DNA of 64,000 nucleotides from Chlamydiia bacterium (GTDB lineage Bacteria; Chlamydiota; Chlamydiia; Chlamydiales; Rhabdochlamydiaceae): NCBI GenBank assembly GCA_963804085.1, contig CAWDOQ010000002.1, positions 1 to 64,000 of the forward strand, read 5' to 3'. Shown piece by piece: positions 60,663 to 64,000 of this stretch (position 1 is its first letter; each line of letters starts with the position of its first letter). The notes under the pieces were generated by a model. It saw only the letters and a program-made list of their open reading frames with translations, ran no database searches and was not told where the DNA came from. The position numbers and the translations under genes were made by a program.

Positions 60663-60713
60663 CGTGTGCGATCCGGATAATTGGCACAGGCAGAGGCACG
60701 GGCACAGGCACGT
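60663..60713. repeat. Family-2 repeat, degenerate copy f
   Basis: GATCCGGATAATTGGCACAGGCAGAGGCACGGGCACAGGCACG. Confidence 0.7.
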
Positions 60714-60730
60714 ATAAAGAAGAACGAACA

Positions 60731-62788
60731 TTAAACTTTGCAGGGGTATTTGATGCGGAGGTGGCGGGCAAGCGAGAGGGTGTGGATGAAGGATTTTTTC
60801 ACGGCTTCGAGCTCTGAGAAAGTGAGGGTGCACTCTTGCAGCTGTCCTTCTGCGATCTTTTCATGGATTAGCTTTTCGACCATTTCGCTAATGCACTCTT
60901 CAGTTGCTTCATCAAGCGAGCGGGAGGCGGCTTCAAGGGTATCTGCCATCATGATGATTGCAGACTCTTTTGTGCGTGGTTTTGGTCCCATGTAGGAGAA
61001 CTTTTTCTTCTCCACCTTTTCGGCATCTCCTTGCATGAGCTCAATCTGCTTCCAGTAGAAGTAGTAGGTGAGCGTCGTGCCATGGTGCTCGCGGATGATA
61101 TCGATGAAGCTCTCGGGCAGCCTATGTTTGCGCGCGAGCGCCTCTCCTTCTCCGATGTGTGCGAGAATCACATGGGCCGACTCCGATGGAGTGAGAAGCT
61201 GGTGAATGTCCAAGCCACCCTGCTGGTTTTCGCTAAAGTAGTGAGGGTTAAAGAGCTTGCCGACATCGTGATAGAGCGTAGAGGCTCTACAAAAGAGGCC
61301 GTTGGCATGGATGGCGCGTGCGGCAGACTCGGCCAGGTGTCCGACGACAAGTGAATGCTGATAGGTACCGGGCGCTTCAACGCTAAGCCGTCTGAGAAGA
61401 GGGTGGTTGGGATCGAGATACTCCATGAGCGTCATCTCTGTCACGACGGGGAAGAGAGACTCCACAATCGTCAAAAAGGCGAGCGCAATCACCGACGAGA
61501 AGAGCATAAAGAGAGAGCTTCCAAAAAGATCATGGACAAATGTTGTACTCCAAACGGTGTGATCGAGAAGATGGAAGGCCAAAAGTAGAGGGAGAGAACT
61601 GAGCCAGATCATCCCACAAATAGTGAAGATCGTGCGCCGCTTATACAAAGAGCGTGCGCCTAAAAGAGCAACCAAGCTGCCCAAAAAGTTGAGCAGAAAA
61701 AACCGGTCGTGATCGGCAGAGGTGGTGATGCCAAGTGCGAGTGTCAAAAGAATCGACGCAAAGAGGGCGACTTCCCACCCGACTAAAATGGAAGTGAGCA
61801 GCGTTGCGAGGGGGACAAGTAGCGGGTAGCGGCTGACCTCGACAAAAAAAGTGCCAAGATGCGGAAGCGCATGCGATACCGCTTTATCCAGGGCAAAGGT
61901 CAAAAGCACAATCGCAAGAAAAAGTGAGAGCTTCTGCACAGAGCGATAAAGTGTGGGATGGTAACGAAAGAGATAAAAGGCAACTAGAAGCGTAACTATT
62001 GCTGCGATACAGATGCTGCCGAAAAGATTTGCAGGCTCCCAGCTCCACTGCTTTTTTGTCAGCGCCTGTTTCATGGCCAGGAGCATCGCGACATGGCGCG
62101 CTGTCACTCGCTCTCCCGGTTCGACAAGAGAGCTTCCCGCTGCAACGCGCGTTGTCTTTACAGGCAGCTTCTCTTGCACGGCTTCTCGTAGCGTTCTTTG
62201 CAAGGAGACGTCCTGCAGCAGCTGCCAGGTATGCTTTTCAAAAAATGGGAGGATAAAATCGACGACCCGATCGTCGTCAAATTGGGTAGCGAGATGCTCT
62301 TTTACTTTTTTCCAAAATGAGACGGGTATGCCACGGGTCTCGGTCGTGGGGATCAAGTAGGGCTGCAAAAAAGGAAGGTCTAAGCTCTGGACACGATGCA
62401 GCGTGCGGGCATCGGAGTAGCGGCTTTTGACAAGTAGCCCCTCTATCTCTTGGGCTAATTTTTCTATCTTCTCGAAGCTGACTTTCGGAAAGTTATCGCG
62501 CCAGCGCGTATCTCTTTGAAGCGCTTGAGCAAAAGCGTGATGGCGCTCTTCAATCTCATTTTTCTCAATCGCTAAAATCATCCCGACATCTTTTACTGCT
62601 TCTTGTCTGAGCAGCGCTGTCACCTCTTCGTCGGGGAATTCAAAGTCGACCTGCGCGATGATGTAACAGGGTGCGATCGTACCCACTTCTAAGATCTCTA
62701 CGCGCTCTTCTCGAAAGTGCAAAAAAAGCGAAAATGAGAAGAGAAACAGGAGAGCGAGAAGAAGTCGAGCTTTGAGAATCGTTTTCAC
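60731..62788 (-). CDS. 7TM-HD (HDIG) phosphohydrolase, PgpH-like c-di-AMP phosphodiesterase candidate
   Basis: Extracellular domain, about 7 TM helices, EAPGTYQHSL, YHDVGK, EHHGT, MADTLEAA. Confidence 0.88.
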   Translation of the reverse strand: MKTILKARLLLALLFLFSFSLFLHFREERVEILEVGTIAPCYIIAQVDFEFPDEEVTALLRQEAVKDVGMILAIEKNEIEERHHAFAQALQRDTRWRDNFPKVSFEKIEKLAQEIEGLLVKSRYSDARTLHRVQSLDLPFLQPYLIPTTETRGIPVSFWKKVKEHLATQFDDDRVVDFILPFFEKHTWQLLQDVSLQRTLREAVQEKLPVKTTRVAAGSSLVEPGERVTARHVAMLLAMKQALTKKQWSWEPANLFGSICIAAIVTLLVAFYLFRYHPTLYRSVQKLSLFLAIVLLTFALDKAVSHALPHLGTFFVEVSRYPLLVPLATLLTSILVGWEVALFASILLTLALGITTSADHDRFFLLNFLGSLVALLGARSLYKRRTIFTICGMIWLSSLPLLLAFHLLDHTVWSTTFVHDLFGSSLFMLFSSVIALAFLTIVESLFPVVTEMTLMEYLDPNHPLLRRLSVEAPGTYQHSLVVGHLAESAARAIHANGLFCRASTLYHDVGKLFNPHYFSENQQGGLDIHQLLTPSESAHVILAHIGEGEALARKHRLPESFIDIIREHHGTTLTYYFYWKQIELMQGDAEKVEKKKFSYMGPKPRTKESAIIMMADTLEAASRSLDEATEECISEMVEKLIHEKIAEGQLQECTLTFSELEAVKKSFIHTLSLARHLRIKYPCKV

Positions 62789-62832
62789 AAATTTGGTGCG
62801 CTTTTTAGCTTTGCTATTCTATAGTCTAATTT

Positions 62833-64000
62833 ATGAACGATCAACGATTAAAAGAAAAATATCTTGTTATAGCCCGCAAGTACCGCCCGCAGACTTTTGC
62901 GAGCATGGTCGGGCAAGAAGCGATCGTCTCCACTTTAAAAAATGCTTTGCGCCATAACCGTCTTGCGCACGCCTACCTCTTTGCAGGCTCAAGAGGCACG
63001 GGAAAGACCACTCTTGCGCGCCTTTTTGCTAAAGCACTCAATTGCCGAGCGCTCACTCAAGATCAAGAGCCGTGCAATAGCTGCCCCTCTTGCCTCGAAA
63101 TCGCTCAGGGAAGATCTTTAGATGTCTTGGAGATCGACGGGGCCTCCAATCGGGGCATCGATGATATCCGCGAAATCAACGAGACTGTGGGCTACTCTGC
63201 CGCATCAGGCAAATATAAAATATATATCATCGACGAGGTGCACATGCTCACCAAGGAGGCATTCAATGCCCTCCTGAAAACTTTGGAAGAGCCGCCCGCA
63301 AATGTTAAGTTTTTCTTTGCAACAACAGAGCCGCACAAGGTGCTGCCTACTATCATCAGCCGCTGCCAGCGGTTTGACTTAAACCGCATCGCAGATGTTG
63401 CGATGCGAAAAAAGCTGGCCTATATCGCCTCCGATCTCGGTATTCAAGTAGATGAGGGAGCTCTTTTTCTGCTCACAAAAAAGGCAGAGGGGTCTTTGCG
63501 CGATGCGGAGTCTCTTCTCGATCAGATCTTCTGCTATGCGGACAAGAAGATCACATTGGAGATGGTCACCACACATCTTGGAATGCTGCCCAAAGAGGCC
63601 TTCTTCGCACTCGATAAAGCGATCCATGCGCGCGACTTGTCATTCGCTTTTTCTCTTGCAGAACAACTCTTTTCCTCCGGAAAAGATCTCACCTGCTTTC
63701 TCGACGATCTGATGGAACACTTCCGCCTGCTCATGCGTGGACATTTGGGACAGACGTTAGATGGCATTAGCCCAAAGGAAGAAGAGAGCTACCGCGCCTC
63801 TTTGAAGCTCTACACCTTAGAAGAGTGCACCTACATTTTGGATTATCTGATGGTCGAGACAAGCCACTTCACCCGCTCCAGTTTTAAACGGATCACACTA
63901 GAGATGATCCTCCTCCACCTCGTCCGCAGCCGCATGCGTGTTCCTACTGAGACCCTCGTGCAGCGCTTATTTGAGTTGGAAAAAGCGCTTGGGTCCGGGC
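62833..64000 (+). CDS. dnaX: DNA polymerase III subunit gamma/tau, 3'-truncated by the window edge; absent from the ORF track
   Basis: Translated by hand: YLVIARKYRPQTF, AYLFAGSRGTGKTT, IDEVHML, FNALLKTLEEPP, SRCQ. Confidence 0.96.
   Translation, partial: MNDQRLKEKYLVIARKYRPQTFASMVGQEAIVSTLKNALRHNRLAHAYLFAGSRGTGKTTLARLFAKALNCRALTQDQEPCNSCPSCLEIAQGRSLDVLEIDGASNRGIDDIREINETVGYSAASGKYKIYIIDEVHMLTKEAFNALLKTLEEPPANVKFFFATTEPHKVLPTIISRCQRFDLNRIADVAMRKKLAYIASDLGIQVDEGALFLLTKKAEGSLRDAESLLDQIFCYADKKITLEMVTTHLGMLPKEAFFALDKAIHARDLSFAFSLAEQLFSSGKDLTCFLDDLMEHFRLLMRGHLGQTLDGISPKEEESYRASLKLYTLEECTYILDYLMVETSHFTRSSFKRITLEMILLHLVRSRMRVPTETLVQRLFELEKALGSG

Overview
A chromosomal segment from an environmental chlamydia (phylum Chlamydiota). 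The assignment rests on the fused glyQS, a plastid-type GPAT, a Zn-free chlamydial L36, the tRNA-Gln-prs-rplY-pth-rpsF-rpsR-rplI order and Inc-like genes. The backbone is housekeeping: hldDE, glgA, pgsA, rlmN, dnaG, mutS, uvrC, rpmH-rnpA-uvrD, pcnB-lpxB, rpmF-plsX-rng-GPAT-ptr and a partial dnaX. Inserted among these genes are many lineage-specific, host-directed candidates: three F-box paralogues with hypervariable C-termini, two F-box-like/LRR proteins, a duplicated ankyrin protein, a possible PEX11-like protein, and a LuxR-type regulator with a palindromic operator flanked by two tail-anchored proteins. The F-box, LRR and ankyrin proteins share a portable amphipathic helix at either the N- or C-terminus. 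There is also an AbiE type IV toxin-antitoxin pair and an ATPase/PD-(D/E)XK gene. Intergenic DNA holds at least four distinct hairpin repeat families, including a MITE with IS4-like ends and a 9-bp target duplication. The essential genes rnpA and lpxB have no canonical start at the expected position. No CRISPR array, rRNA, transposase or reverse transcriptase is visible. All calls come from reading sequence and motifs by eye; no searches were run.
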